From Candidatus Marinacidobacterales bacterium (GTDB lineage: Bacteria; Acidobacteriota; Vicinamibacteria; Marinacidobacterales; SMYC01): a stretch of DNA of 64,000 nt. The stretch spans positions 5,344,001 to 5,408,000 of the forward strand of contig OZ250169.1 of assembly GCA_965237955.1 (NCBI GenBank), read 5' to 3'. Shown here piece after piece: positions 44,981-56,049 of the stretch (position 1 is its first letter; every line of letters begins with the position of its first letter). The position numbers and the translations under genes are program-made. The notes under the pieces are model-generated. The model worked only from the letters and a program-made list of their open reading frames with translations, was not told where the DNA came from and searched no databases.

Positions 44981-45760
44981 ATGGATGGAATTGAAGCAAT
45001 CTTCCGATGGATGCACATCTTCGTCGGCATTCTATGGATCGGACACCTCTACTACTTCAACTTTGTCAACGGGCAAATGGTCGCGAAACTCGATGCCGCT
45101 GCCAAAAAACAAGTCGTTCCCGAGCTCATGCCGAGAGCGCTCTACTGGTTCCGCTGGGGCGCAGCGTGGACCTGGATCACCGGCGTTTTACTCCTCATCA
45201 TGGTCTACTACGCCTACGTCCCCGAGATGCTGTCCCCCGATGGCTGGTCAGTCAACGTCATCATCATGGTTGCCGTGACGTTTCTAGGCGTTTTCGTCTA
45301 CGACGCCCTCTGGAACAGCGGACTCAAATCCAACTTGCGCGCCGCCGTCATCGTCACCTTCGCCCTGCTGGCAGTGGTGGTAGCGGGGTTCGTCTACTAC
45401 GGCCACTTCCACTACCGCGCCGTCCTGATTCACACCGGTGCTTTGTTCGGAAGCGCGATGGCGTTCAACGTCTGGTTCCGCATCTGGCCCGCCCAAAAGC
45501 GGATCATCCGGGCTATCAAAAACGGTGAGAAGCCGGACGCCGCAGATCCTGCACTCGCCGGCCTACGGTCCAAACACAACACCTACATGTCGCTCCCACT
45601 CTTCTGGGCCATGATCGGATATCACACGACGTATTTCTCCGGTGGAAACCTTGGGCTCACGTCGAGCACGTACTGGATCGGCTGGCTGGTGATGATCGCC
45701 CTCAGCTGGCACATCATCTGGCACTGCTACAAAAAGGCCGGCGAAGTGCAAGGCTTCTAA
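44981..45760 (+). CDS. PuuD/urate-oxidase N-terminal-domain membrane protein (no cytochrome c domain)
   Basis: RWMHIFVGILWIG, WFRWGAAWTWITG, NVWFRIWPAQK, RSKHNTY. Confidence 0.8.
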   Translation: MDGIEAIFRWMHIFVGILWIGHLYYFNFVNGQMVAKLDAAAKKQVVPELMPRALYWFRWGAAWTWITGVLLLIMVYYAYVPEMLSPDGWSVNVIIMVAVTFLGVFVYDALWNSGLKSNLRAAVIVTFALLAVVVAGFVYYGHFHYRAVLIHTGALFGSAMAFNVWFRIWPAQKRIIRAIKNGEKPDAADPALAGLRSKHNTYMSLPLFWAMIGYHTTYFSGGNLGLTSSTYWIGWLVMIALSWHIIWHCYKKAGEVQGF

Positions 45761-46666
45761 GAAAAAACAAACGCAAAGCCGCGAAGGCGCAAAGACGCAA
45801 AGGAAGAGGGAGTCGGCGCCGAAGCCGCCCACTTTGTGCCTTCGCGACTCTGGGCCTTTGCGTCGAGATCTTTTTTCGTCGCAGCGGCGGGCGGTGAGGG
45901 GTCGACGCCCGTCACGCGAGCTTCGACACTTCCGCAAACGCCGAGTTGCGTTCAGCGCCTGTTTCAGCTCATCGTCGGTCAAGTCGCCGGCACCGTGCAT
46001 CCAGTTCAGGATTCGATCGCGCCTAACGCGAACCGACTTTGGCTGCTCGCACGGGTCGAGCTCGCGTGGGTTCGGGATCATCGCGGCGAGCGTTGCGGCT
46101 TCCGCTGCATCCAGCCATGTGGCTGACTTCCCGAACACATCTCGCGCGGCCGCCTCGGCGCCGTAGACACCGTCGCCCCACTCGATGACGTTCAGGTAGA
46201 TCTCGAGAATCCGGCTCTTCGAGAGCGCCTTCTCGAGACGGTACGTGAGGATGGCTTCTTTGAGCTTGCGCGCATAGGTGCGTTCGGTCGAGAGGTAGAG
46301 GTTTTTCGACAGCTGCTGAGTAATCGTGCTCGCGCCCCGGACGGTCCGACCTTCTTTCCAGTTCCGTTTGAACGCTTCTCTCATTTCGCGGGTGTCGAAG
46401 CCGTCGTGACTGTAGAAAGCGACGTCCTCTCCCATGAGAACGGCTTCGACGAGTCGTGGTGAGATATCCGCGAGCGGAGCCCAAAGTTGAGTGCGCTCCC
46501 CACCACGCGCCGCCATGAGCGCGGTTTCGGAGGGATTCTCCCGAACGAGGTAGTCGACGTCCGGCAGAGTGAGAAGGAGATAGGTGACAAAACCGCCGCC
46601 GAGCAGGACGGGCGCCGCCACGATGAGCGCAATCCACAACACTCTTGGTCGCAAGCGCATCGCCAT
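45563..46666 (-). CDS. mtgA: Monofunctional peptidoglycan transglycosylase (C-terminus appears extended by stop loss)
   Basis: ED..FYSHDG, GASTITQQLSKNL, RKLKE, EIYLN, YGAEAAA. Confidence 0.88.
   Translation of the reverse strand: MAMRLRPRVLWIALIVAAPVLLGGGFVTYLLLTLPDVDYLVRENPSETALMAARGGERTQLWAPLADISPRLVEAVLMGEDVAFYSHDGFDTREMREAFKRNWKEGRTVRGASTITQQLSKNLYLSTERTYARKLKEAILTYRLEKALSKSRILEIYLNVIEWGDGVYGAEAAARDVFGKSATWLDAAEAATLAAMIPNPRELDPCEQPKSVRVRRDRILNWMHGAGDLTDDELKQALNATRRLRKCRSSRDGRRPLTARRCDEKRSRRKGPESRRHKVGGFGADSLFLCVFAPSRLCVCFFLEALHFAGLFVAVPDDVPAEGDHHQPADPVRARREPKVSTGEIRRVISDHGPEEWERHVGVVFGP
45771..45863. repeat. REP-like palindrome made of 8-mer units (NCGCAAAG x4 ... CTTTGCGN x4) near the junction of convergent genes
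   Basis: acgcaaag ccgcgaag gcgcaaag acgcaaag ... ctttgtgc cttcgcga ctctgggc ctttgcgt. Confidence 0.75.
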
Positions 46667-46805
46667 GGCTTGCTTCCACTTTAGTTCGCACGAGGCGCCG
46701 GCTCAACTTTCCTTACCGTTTGGTAAGCCCCACGCGCCAACAAAACTACTTCGCTTCCGCGTCTGAGTACTACAATAGTAAGAAGGCACACAATTTAGAG
46801 GGGAT

Positions 46806-47954
46806 ATGGATTTCGAATACAGCGACGAGCAGGTAGAGCTGCGGCGGGCCGTCCGTGAGTTTGCGGACAAGGAGATCGTGCCCTACGCCTCCGAGTGGGA
46901 CGACAAGGAAGAGTTTCCAGCCGAGGTCGTCAAGCAGCTGGGAGAGCTCGGTTTTCTTGGCGTGATTTTCCCCGAGAAATATGGGGGCGGTGGCATGAGC
47001 TATATCGACTACGCGATCGTCATCGAAGAGCTCGCGCGAGCCGATGCCTCCGTCGGGATTACCGTAGCGGCGCACACGTCCCTGTGCGCGAACCACATCT
47101 ACGAGCAGGGCACCGATGCGCAGCGGGAGAAGTTTCTGAAACCGCTCGCGACTGGCGAGTGGCTCGGTGGATGGAGCCTCACCGAGCCGGGCGCCGGGAG
47201 CGACGCGGGCGGCACGCAGACGACGGCCGAGCTCGACACTGATAACGACGAGTGGGTGATCAATGGCAGCAAGACGTTCACCACGAACGGCTCGAAGTGC
47301 GACGTGGCCGTCGCGATGGCCGTCACCGACAAAGGCAAAGACAAGCGACGCATTTCCGCGTTCATCATTCCCAAAGGAACCCCGGGGTTTCGCCCGGGCA
47401 AGAAAGAGCGCAAGCTCGGTCATCGAGCTTCGGATACGTCGGAGATGATCTTCGAGAACTGTCGTGTTCCGAGCTGTCACCTGTTGGGCGAGCGGGGCGA
47501 AGGTTTCGTGGCTTCGCTGAAAGTTCTCGATGGTGGGCGCATCAGCATTGCTGCGATGTCCGTCGGTATCGCCCAAGCGGCGTTCGACTGCGCCCGAGAC
47601 TACGCGCACGAGCGCAAGCAATTCGGACGCGCCATCGGATCGTTCCAAGCGATTCGTTTCAAGCTCTCGGACATGGCGACTGAGATTGACGCCGCTCGCC
47701 TGCTGTTGCATCGCGCGGCCTTTCTCAAAGACAAGGGCGAGCGCGTGACGAAAGAGTCCGCGATGGCCAAGCTCTACGCGAGCGAAGTCTCGGTTCGTTC
47801 GGCGGAAGAAGCGGTGCAGATCCTCGGGGGCTATGGCTACACGCGCGACTATCCCGCCGAGCGCTACTATCGCGACGCGAAGCTCATGACGATAGGCGAA
47901 GGCACCTCTGAAGTGCAGCGTATGGTCATCGCTCGCCAGTTGCTCTCCGTCTAA
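46806..47954 (+). CDS. Acyl-CoA dehydrogenase
   Basis: [35 protein letters not shown]. Confidence 0.95.
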   Translation: MDFEYSDEQVELRRAVREFADKEIVPYASEWDDKEEFPAEVVKQLGELGFLGVIFPEKYGGGGMSYIDYAIVIEELARADASVGITVAAHTSLCANHIYEQGTDAQREKFLKPLATGEWLGGWSLTEPGAGSDAGGTQTTAELDTDNDEWVINGSKTFTTNGSKCDVAVAMAVTDKGKDKRRISAFIIPKGTPGFRPGKKERKLGHRASDTSEMIFENCRVPSCHLLGERGEGFVASLKVLDGGRISIAAMSVGIAQAAFDCARDYAHERKQFGRAIGSFQAIRFKLSDMATEIDAARLLLHRAAFLKDKGERVTKESAMAKLYASEVSVRSAEEAVQILGGYGYTRDYPAERYYRDAKLMTIGEGTSEVQRMVIARQLLSV

Positions 47955-47975
47955 GAGCGCCTGTATGCTCTGGGC

Positions 47976-48860
47976 TTGGATCTCCAAAACCTCGTAGAGC
48001 GTCTCAGGAAGGGAGAACCGCGTGCGATCGCGCGCGCTCTCACCCTTGTCGAAAATGCCGAGAACGATAGCTCCGAAGCGCGGGAGCTTTTATCGCTAGT
48101 ATTCGCGGACGAACGCTCCGCCAAGATCGTCGGCCTCACCGGCCCTCCCGGTGTGGGGAAGAGCACCCTCGTCGATGTCCTTGCCAAGCTCGCTCGAGAG
48201 CACGGTCGCGAAGTGGCTGTGCTTGCCGTTGATCCAACGAGCCCGTTCACCGGCGGCGCGCTTTTGGGGGATCGCGCGCGCATGGACTCGGGCACGGCCG
48301 ATCCCAAAGTCTTCATTCGCAGCATGGCCACGCGCGGGCACGTTGGTGGGTTGAGCGCCGCCGTCTTCGAGGCACTCGTCCTGCTCGAAGCCGCAGGAAA
48401 GAACTTCATTTTCGTCGAGACCGTCGGGGCGGGCCAGGACGAAGTCGAGGTCGCGGCCGCGGTCGACGTCACTGTGGTCGTGCTCGCCCCCGGCCTCGGA
48501 GATCAAATTCAGGCGAGCAAGGCCGGCCTCATGGAAATCGCCGACATCCTCGTCGTCAACAAAGCGGATCGCGATGGCGCCGATCTCGTCGCCGAAGAGA
48601 CACGCGCTCACACCGATGGAAAACCGGTCTTCAAGACTGTGGCGCGCGACGGAACGGGGGTCGACGCGCTATTCGCGGAGATCGAGCGAACGAGAGGCGA
48701 GCGGCAGCTCATGGAGGCCTGGCTTCTCAACTGCCTTCAGAGAGTCGTTCGAGAAAGGATTCCCGCCGATGCCTGGACCGACGCGGTCGAGCGTTTGAAA
48801 GCGCGGCAGGTGACGCCGTACGACGCGGCTGCCGAGCTGTTGGAGAGCCTGAGATCATGA
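47976..48860 (+). CDS. meaB: Methylmalonyl-CoA mutase-associated GTPase
   Basis: GPPGVGKST, AVDPTSP..LGDR, ETVGAGQ, VNKAD. Confidence 0.93.
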   Translation: MDLQNLVERLRKGEPRAIARALTLVENAENDSSEARELLSLVFADERSAKIVGLTGPPGVGKSTLVDVLAKLAREHGREVAVLAVDPTSPFTGGALLGDRARMDSGTADPKVFIRSMATRGHVGGLSAAVFEALVLLEAAGKNFIFVETVGAGQDEVEVAAAVDVTVVVLAPGLGDQIQASKAGLMEIADILVVNKADRDGADLVAEETRAHTDGKPVFKTVARDGTGVDALFAEIERTRGERQLMEAWLLNCLQRVVRERIPADAWTDAVERLKARQVTPYDAAAELLESLRS

Positions 48861-49249
48861 AGATCCATCACGTCGGTATTGCGGTCAAGAGTCTCGATGA
48901 GGCGGCTGGACGTTTCGGCGGGCTACTCGGACTCGAAAAGGGCGAGCGCTACGATCTCCCCGAGCTCGGAGTGTGCGCCCTGTTCATGCCCGTCGGAGAC
49001 AGTAACCTCGAGTTTTTGGAGCCTCTTGGCGAGACGTCGACGGTGGGGAAGTTCATCGACAAAAAGGGCGAGGGCATCCACCATATCTGCTTCGAAGTCG
49101 ACGACATCGACTCGGCCCTGGAAGAGTTCCGAAGTCAGGGCGCCCGCCTCATCGACGAAAAACCCCGTCCCGGCGCGGGTGGCCACCTCGTGGCGTTTGT
49201 CCACCCGAAAGACACCCATGGGGTGCTGGTCGAGCTGAAGCAGCGTTAA
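48857..49249 (+). CDS. mce: Methylmalonyl-CoA epimerase
   Basis: HHVGIAV, GEGIHHI, FVHPK..GVLVEL; adjacent to meaB. Confidence 0.92.
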   Translation: MKIHHVGIAVKSLDEAAGRFGGLLGLEKGERYDLPELGVCALFMPVGDSNLEFLEPLGETSTVGKFIDKKGEGIHHICFEVDDIDSALEEFRSQGARLIDEKPRPGAGGHLVAFVHPKDTHGVLVELKQR

Positions 49250-49273
49250 TTCGTTTGCGCGTAGGAGATAGAA

Positions 49274-50137
49274 ATGGCAGAAGCGAAAATCGGCATCATC
49301 GGAGGAAGCGGCTTGTACGACATGGCTGGGCTAGAAGATGTAGAGCAAGTGGCTCTCGAAACACCGTTCGGGGATCCCTCCGGGAAATACGTTGTCGGAA
49401 AGCTCGCCGGCAAGCCTGTCGCCTTTCTCGCTCGTCACGGGGAAGGACATAAGTTGCTCCCTAGCGAGCTCAACTTCCGCGCTAATATCTTCGGGTTCAA
49501 GCTTCTCGGCGTCGAGCACATCCTCTCGGCGAGCGCGGTGGGCTCGCTGAAAGAAGATATCCACCCGCTCGATGTCCTCATTCCGGACCAGTTCATCGAT
49601 CGCACGCGCGGGCGTATCTCGACGTTCTTCGGAAACGGTATTGCGGTTCACGTCGAGTTCTCCAAGCCGTTTTGCGCGCGGCTGTCGAAACTCATGGTCG
49701 ACGCGGGGAGGAAAATCGACGTGCGCATTCATGAGGGCGGCACCTACGTGTGTATGGAAGGCCCGCAGTTTTCGACGCTCGCCGAATCGGAGCTCTACCG
49801 CTCGTGGGGTGCTCACGTGATCGGGATGACGAACCTTCAGGAGGCCAAGCTCGCGCGCGAGGCCGAGATGAGCTACGCGACGCTCGCGCTCGTGACCGAC
49901 TACGACTGCTGGCACGTCAGCCACGAGTCCGTCACCGTCGCGCAGATTATCGAAAACCTTCAAAAGAACGCCGAGACCGCGCGCCAGATCATCGTGGAGA
50001 CGGTAACCAACCTGGATCTGGACCGACCATCGCCACATGCCAACGCCCTGAAATCCGCGATCATCACCCAACCGGACTACATCGCAGAAAACATAAAGCG
50101 GGACTTAGCCCCGCTGATTGGCAAGTATCTGAAGTAG
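49274..50137 (+). CDS. mtnP: S-methyl-5'-thioadenosine phosphorylase
   Basis: [35 protein letters not shown]. Confidence 0.94.
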   Translation: MAEAKIGIIGGSGLYDMAGLEDVEQVALETPFGDPSGKYVVGKLAGKPVAFLARHGEGHKLLPSELNFRANIFGFKLLGVEHILSASAVGSLKEDIHPLDVLIPDQFIDRTRGRISTFFGNGIAVHVEFSKPFCARLSKLMVDAGRKIDVRIHEGGTYVCMEGPQFSTLAESELYRSWGAHVIGMTNLQEAKLAREAEMSYATLALVTDYDCWHVSHESVTVAQIIENLQKNAETARQIIVETVTNLDLDRPSPHANALKSAIITQPDYIAENIKRDLAPLIGKYLK

Positions 50138-50214
50138 CGCATTGTCGTTCCAAATAACTTTAGCTGATGGCCGACGGCTGGCGGCCGATGGCCGAATCGC
50201 TCGCAGGAGACCAA

Positions 50215-51123
50215 ATGTCGATTCTTGTGGTGGGGTCCGTCGCGTTCGACGACCTCAAAACACCTACTGAGGAAGCCAAAGGCGTCGTCGGAGGTGCTGC
50301 AACCTACTTCGCGCTCTCCGCGTCCCACTTCACCGAAGTGAACATCGTCGCTGTCGTCGGGAACGACTTCACCGAGCGGGAGAAGTCGATCTTCGACGGC
50401 CGCTCCATCGACCTCGCTGGGCTCGAGACGGCCGAGGGCAAGACGTTCCGCTGGGGCGGCGAGTATAGCAAGGACCTCACCGAGCGGACGACCCTGTTCA
50501 CAGAGCTCGGGGTGTTCGAGAGCTTTCAGCCGGTGATTCCGGACCACTACAAGAAATCGAACCTCGTCTTTCTCGCCAACATCCATCCCGACCTGCAAGT
50601 CGACGTGATGCAGCAGGTGCAAAACCCCGGCCTCATCGGCGCCGACACCATGAACTATTGGATTGAGCGGACATCGAACGAGCTCGCCCGCATGCTCGAG
50701 GGCATCGACGTTCTCGTGATCAATGATGAAGAGGCGCGTCAGTTAGCCGGTATCCACAACCTCGTGAAGGCGGCTGCCAAAATCCGGGACATGGGCCCGA
50801 AAACGCTCGTGATCAAACGAGGCGAGTACGGCGTGCTTTGTTTTCGCGAGGGAGAGCGCTTCGCCACGGTGTCCTATCCTCTCGAGACGGTCATCGACCC
50901 AACGGGCGCCGGGGACAGCTTTGCCGGAGGTTTCATGGGATATCTGGCGACCCAGGACGACGTAACTGACCAAGTTGTGCGCCGCGCCATCATCTTCGGG
51001 AGCGTGCTCGGCTCGTTCTGCGTCGAGGACCTGGGGACACGGCGTCTCGAGCAGCTGCGCCGCGATGAAGTTCACGAGCGCTACCAGGCGTTCAAGGATC
51101 TGACGGACTTCGCCTCTTTGTAA
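50215..51123 (+). CDS. PfkB-family carbohydrate/nucleoside kinase
   Basis: VGSVAFD, GGAATY, NDEEA, DPTGAGDSFAGG. Confidence 0.92.
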   Translation: MSILVVGSVAFDDLKTPTEEAKGVVGGAATYFALSASHFTEVNIVAVVGNDFTEREKSIFDGRSIDLAGLETAEGKTFRWGGEYSKDLTERTTLFTELGVFESFQPVIPDHYKKSNLVFLANIHPDLQVDVMQQVQNPGLIGADTMNYWIERTSNELARMLEGIDVLVINDEEARQLAGIHNLVKAAAKIRDMGPKTLVIKRGEYGVLCFREGERFATVSYPLETVIDPTGAGDSFAGGFMGYLATQDDVTDQVVRRAIIFGSVLGSFCVEDLGTRRLEQLRRDEVHERYQAFKDLTDFASL

Positions 51124-51189
51124 CTCCTTCGGTTTATATGTTTTGACGCCCATCGACCGGCGTGCTATTTTCGGTGAAATGTAGAGTGG

Positions 51190-51264
51190 TGGTGGGCGAT
51201 GCAGGATTTGAACCTGCGACTTCTACCGTGTGAAGGTAGCACTCTCCCACTGAGTTAATCGCCC
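51190..51264 (-). tRNA. tRNA-Val (CAC)
   Basis: GGGCGAT acceptor stem, anticodon arm CTACC-TTCACAC-GGTAG, T-loop GGTTCAAATCC, encoded CCA. Confidence 0.96.
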
Positions 51265-51353
51265 GAAGCGGGTGAAGCCTCAGAGTTTACCGAGCCTGAG
51301 GTTATCGGTCAAGAGTTCGACGTCGATGCCGGAGCTTCCCTGATCAGTGACCA

Positions 51354-52579
51354 ATGACGCGCGGAGGCCCGCCTGAGCCTTCGAAAACTCTGGGTCCTCC
51401 TCCTCAACGCGTTTCTCGACATGCTCGGCTACGCGATGGTGTTCCCGTTGCTGCCGATCTACGCGGTTCGCATGGACGCGGACGCGACGGTCATCGGTCT
51501 CATCGTGGCGTCGTTCTCGGTGGCGCAGGTGGCGGCAGCGCCGCTCTGGGGGAGTTTCGGATCGGTTCGGACGCCGGCCGGCGCTTCTCGTGAGCCTCGT
51601 GGGCTCGGCGGTGGCGTTCACGATTTTCGCCTTCGCCGACACGATTGGGTTGCTCTTCTTGTCTCGGATCGTCCAGGGAGCCGCTGGCGGAACGACCGCC
51701 GTGATGCAGGCTTACGTGGGCGACTCGGTCGCTCCCGAGGAGCGCGCGAAAGCGCTCGGATGGCTCTCCGCCGCCACGAGCACCGGCGTCATGATCGGTC
51801 CCGCGGTGGGCTCGGCCATGTGGGTCTTCTGCTCCGAGGTGCCCGGACTTCTGGCCGCGAGCCTTTGTCTCCTGAACCTCGTGTTCGCGTGGCACTTGCT
51901 ACCCGAATCGCGTCGCGAGGAGATGGGCGACAAGAAAGCCAAGAGATCGATCCGCAGCATGTTCTGGGAAACCGTACGCCACCCCGGGCGGGAGATGTCG
52001 GAGCTGATTTGGATCTACGCGGTCGCGATGACCGCGTTCAGCTCGATGACGGCCATCCTTGCGATCTTCCTGATGGCTCGGTTCGCGATCGACGAGTCGA
52101 ACATTGGCTACATCTTTCCGCTCATGGGCGCCGTGTCGATCGTCATGCGGGCCGGTGTCTTGGGGAAGCTCGTGAGCCGGTTCGGGGAAGTGAAGTTGAT
52201 GCGCATGGGTGTGGTGCTGATGGCGCTAGGCCTTCTGGCGTTTCCCGTGCCGACGAACCTCGCGGTGTTTCTTGTGGTGATGCTGCTGATGCCGATCGGG
52301 ACAGCTCTACTGTTTCCCGCGACGAGTGCGCTCCTCAGTTAACGATGCGATCCGAAACAGCTCGGCCAAGTCAGGGGCGTTCAACAAGCCTTCGGTGGTA
52401 TCGCGAGGATCCTCGGACCCATCTGGGCGGGCGCGTCGTTCGAACGATACGGCGCGGGCGTTCCGTTTCAAGTGGCGGGCGCCGTCGTGTTCTTCGTCGC
52501 GCTCCTCACGACGCGCGTCCGACCCCAGCCGGAGCGCGCGAAGTTGGTCGAATCCTGCCCACGAGTCGATAGCCTTTGA
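51354..52579 (+). pseudogene. MFS (TetA/DHA1-like) transporter with frameshifts and an in-frame TAA at 52340
   Basis: DMLGYAMVFPLLP, SDRFGRRP motif split by a frameshift, GVMIGPAVG; reading continues QLGQVRG..RILGP after the stop. Confidence 0.85.
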
Positions 52580-52635
52580 GCCTTGATGTTGACGACCAAG
52601 TTCCATCGTTTCCTGACGAGCCGTCACCCGCAACA

Positions 52636-52935
52636 TCATCGGGCCGGCTTCAACACCTGCTCGACGTCGACCAGAAGAACGCCCAGCTTCTTCGCTTCTT
52701 TCGTCAGCTCTGTGGTGAAGCCGGCACGTGAAAAGATTGCAAGGTCGACCTTGCGCGCGGGCCGTTTCAAATCCGCCTGAACGGCAGTCGTTTTGGCGGT
52801 CAACTTACCGAGTACGTCAAGGCCAGCCGGTTTCACCGTCCATTCGCATTCACCCAACAAGAGAGCACCCTCGTCGGCCGGGGCGACGACATCGACTTCG
52901 TTCTCGTGACGCCACCAGCTCCCAATAGGGGTAGC
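52636..52935 (-). pseudogene. DUF234-type C-terminal fragment of an ATPase
   Basis: IGSWW..EVDVV..LLGECEW..FSRAGFT. Confidence 0.7.
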
Positions 52936-52963
52936 GGCTCCATCTGTGCGTAAATTTACTCTA

Positions 52964-54891
52964 AGGGCCGGCGACAAAATAAGTTCCCGTTTTCAAGACG
53001 GTCGGATGGTGTAGTTCCATTTGGGTAGAGTCTGGTCCTTTGTAACGGAAAGCGCCTGCATCCGCTCGTCAGTGATTTTGACGCCCTTCGGATAACGACG
53101 CCGGATAAGGTGTGCGCGTACTCGCAAACCGGAAGAGGTGGTGGTCGTGCGGATGTATTTGAGGATGGTTTCGTAGCTGTCGAGAGGCCTGCCCGCCCAG
53201 TTCTTGCTGATCTCGCTGAACAGACGGTGCTCCACTGGATTCCACTTGGATGTACCGGACGGATAGTGGGCTATGGTGATAGCGATGTCGTGGCGATTGC
53301 AAATCCGCGTTTGAAGCCCGTGCTTCCAACCCCGACACCGATAGCCATTGCTGCCCCCGGCGTCTGCCAATATCGCGAGGTCACGGGCTGCAGGATAGCG
53401 TCGCCGTCCTTCCGTTCGCCACCACTTCTCGATGGCATTCACGGCGAAGTCCGGGGTGTTGTACGAGGTACCAATGAACACTGTCCCGCGGTTCGCGAGC
53501 AGATCGTAGGCGCCGTAGGGGATTGCGATGCCGTTCGATTCGGAACGGAAGTCATGGTCTTTGACGAGAGTCGGCTCGCGGTTCCAGGCCTGCCCGCCGT
53601 TTTTGAATAATCCCACCAGCTCCCGTTTCTTCGTGTCTACGCTGATGATGGGATGACCAGCTGCGGCAAAACGCTCGCGCAGTTCGGCGATACACGCGAA
53701 TTGGGTATCGCGATCTTCGGACGTGGCACCGCACAGCTTCTTGTGGTTCACCCGCAACGAGAAGCCGAGCTGTTTGAGCAGTCGACCGACGGTTTTGCTG
53801 CTGACGTTCACACTGAGGCTTCTTAGCTCGCAAGCAATCTTGTCGGTGGTCCGCCGCGTCCATTTCACTCCCGTCATCGGATCGCCCGCGGTGTCGTGCT
53901 TCATGAGTTCTTCGATCTTGGCGATGACTTCTGGCGTTTTTTTTGCACGGCGCGCCGTCCGCCACCCTTTCGCCGAACTCCGTCGAGCTCAACATCTCTC
54001 ATTAGCAATTCCCTACGACCTCTGGCTACCGTGCTCGGATCCATCCCGAGCAGTTCGGCAATCTGTTGGTCGCCACCGTGACCGAGCTTCATGGCCTCGA
54101 CTCCCGCGTAGAGACGGCGCTGCTTTTCATCGAGCAGGCTGTAGAAAAGAACGATCGCAGCCTTCAACTCCACGGGGAGCACGCGGACTCCCCCGACCCA
54201 GCCCAACGTGGAAGGTGACGCCTCATGTACCTGGCGGGCCGAGAGCTGTTGCTTGCGCGTGCTCACATCGGTGGCCAGATACAGATATCGGCCGAACACC
54301 TGCTCGCGCGCCAATCTTTTCTCTCGGACCAGTTTCAACAGAGGAGCCTTGACGTCAACCTGCACCACGTCCTCGAGCTCGTCGACGTAGTAGCCTGCCT
54401 CACAGGCCGCGACCAACGCTTTTACCGTCGCAAGCAACGTCCCGTACTTCGAGAACCACACTGAGCGCAACGACCAAAGACCTTTTCGATCGAACTGGGC
54501 GATCTCGTCCAACGTGTAGTAGCTACCACGGTGGGAGTAGCTTGTCCGATACGCCAACTCATTGAGCTTTCGGAAGACGGTCGAGTCCACATCGGTACCC
54601 AACACTGCCTTCAAATCATCGAGGGTAGCTATTTTGTGCTTCCTCAACAGGCGGTCGAGATCTTCAGACTGATAGCTCGTAGGTCTCATAACAGGAGAAG
54701 TGCTCCTTGATAGGCGTAATCCTCCCTAAAATGAGGACCGTTTGTCAAACACGCGCTGGTTGCTGAAGATCTACAAATGTTCCGTTTCTAGGGAGCTTGC
54801 CAGGCTCTCGTGATGCCAGACGACATCGCGATCACGACCTGAAACAGGAAGAGTGTGCTCAAAACTAGACAGTTATTTTGTCGGCGGCCCT
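52964..54891 (-). mobile_element. ISAzo13-family element; ORFs 53901-54689 and 52993-53904 overlap at an A8 run
   Basis: Inverted repeats CTAAGGGCCGGCGACAAAATAAGT / CTAAGGGCCGCCGACAAAATAACT; SVDTKKRELVG, DHDF, DAGGSN, GTSKWNPVEHRLFS. Confidence 0.92.
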
Positions 54892-55241
54892 TAGGCATGC
54901 GAGCAACGTGCGTGCTTCTTGATGGCCGCGGGTGGGCCAGGCCGGGTGGACAAACACACGCGATACCCGCCCCACCTCTCGCCGGTAACTCGCCTCCGGG
55001 GGACCGTACCTTCATGAATTTTTAAAAAATGTCGACCTCTATTTGTGTGCGTCGGAAATCTGGGACGCGGCGGCGATGAAGGGCACGGCATTCGGGACAT
55101 CTTGATGGCCCACGATCAAGCCTCCGTTAAGCCGCCCAACGCCCCGGTATCGAACGCGAGGCCCTCGAGCAGCGCGAACCCGCGATACAGAAGCTCCGCG
55201 ACTTTTGGGGCGTGCTCCTCGGTTCGTGCGGTCCATCGCTT

Positions 55242-55778
55242 ATGATGCCGGGAGGGAAGGAGTCACCTTTGTCTGAGCGGATTCCCTATCATCCGGTGAT
55301 CCTGGACGGCTGGCTGGTCCTCTACTCGACCGAAGGCGAGGGCCTGCAGGCTCGGTGGACGTTTACCGGTATGGAAGAGAACTGGCTGCCGCTCCTCGAC
55401 GAGATGGACACGCGGACCGACAGGGCTGCCCAGTGGTGGCACCAATTCCACGCGGCGGACTTTCCTGCCGAGGGAATCCAGGTCTCCGTGAAGGAAGTGC
55501 GAGAGCACCTCGCAGCCCTCCACGCTGCGTGCGCCCCTCACTTGGCGAAGAAAAAGCCTCTTCAGAGTCAGTACGAGAGCCTCGTCGAGCTCTGCGATCG
55601 GACGAGCGGGAGGATCCGCATCGAGCGCTACGTTGATCCGTACAAGGGCGCCCCGTCCATCGCACCGGGTTTGCGCTTCCGTTGCGAGGGCAGCGGCAGC
55701 CTCAAGCTCTTGCGCCACGATTTCGACTGGCCACCGCCCATGACACCGGAAGAAGTGCGATCTCTCTCCCGATACTGA
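55242..55778 (+). CDS. Hypothetical protein (possible cassette gene)
   Basis: ORF track; no recognisable motif. Confidence 0.45.
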   Translation: MMPGGKESPLSERIPYHPVILDGWLVLYSTEGEGLQARWTFTGMEENWLPLLDEMDTRTDRAAQWWHQFHAADFPAEGIQVSVKEVREHLAALHAACAPHLAKKKPLQSQYESLVELCDRTSGRIRIERYVDPYKGAPSIAPGLRFRCEGSGSLKLLRHDFDWPPPMTPEEVRSLSRY

Positions 55779-55784
55779 TGGGGA

Positions 55785-56006
55785 ATGTTGATCGCCACTT
55801 TCCTCTCCCTCGCATTGCCACCTGTGGTGGTGAAACATTTCGGGCCGATCGGCGGCATTGTGGCCGCCGTCGCGGCGATCGTTGTCTGGTTCTCAATCTA
55901 CCCGCCCAGCATCGCGGGACAAACCCACGGACTGCTTGCAATGGCTGTGTTCCTCGGCAATGCCGCCACCATCCTGGTGTGTCTCTTGTTCATCGTGCAG
56001 CCGTAG
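55785..56006 (+). CDS. Small hydrophobic hypothetical protein
   Basis: Two to three hydrophobic stretches. Confidence 0.45.
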   Translation: MLIATFLSLALPPVVVKHFGPIGGIVAAVAAIVVWFSIYPPSIAGQTHGLLAMAVFLGNAATILVCLLFIVQP

Positions 56007-56049
56007 GGCCGGCTGTGCCGGCCCCGCTCTCTTGACCCCCAGCGTTGCT

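Noticed and set aside
21420-47987. Long antisense or alternative-frame ORFs (e.g. 21420-22820, 31878-33194, 33240-34697, 46770-47987)
   Set aside because: Shadow ORFs of real genes in high-GC DNA with no recognisable motifs
51190-56000. tRNA-anchored genomic island or prophage
   Set aside because: No integrase and no duplicated tRNA 3' end found; the tRNA 3' end faces the core genes
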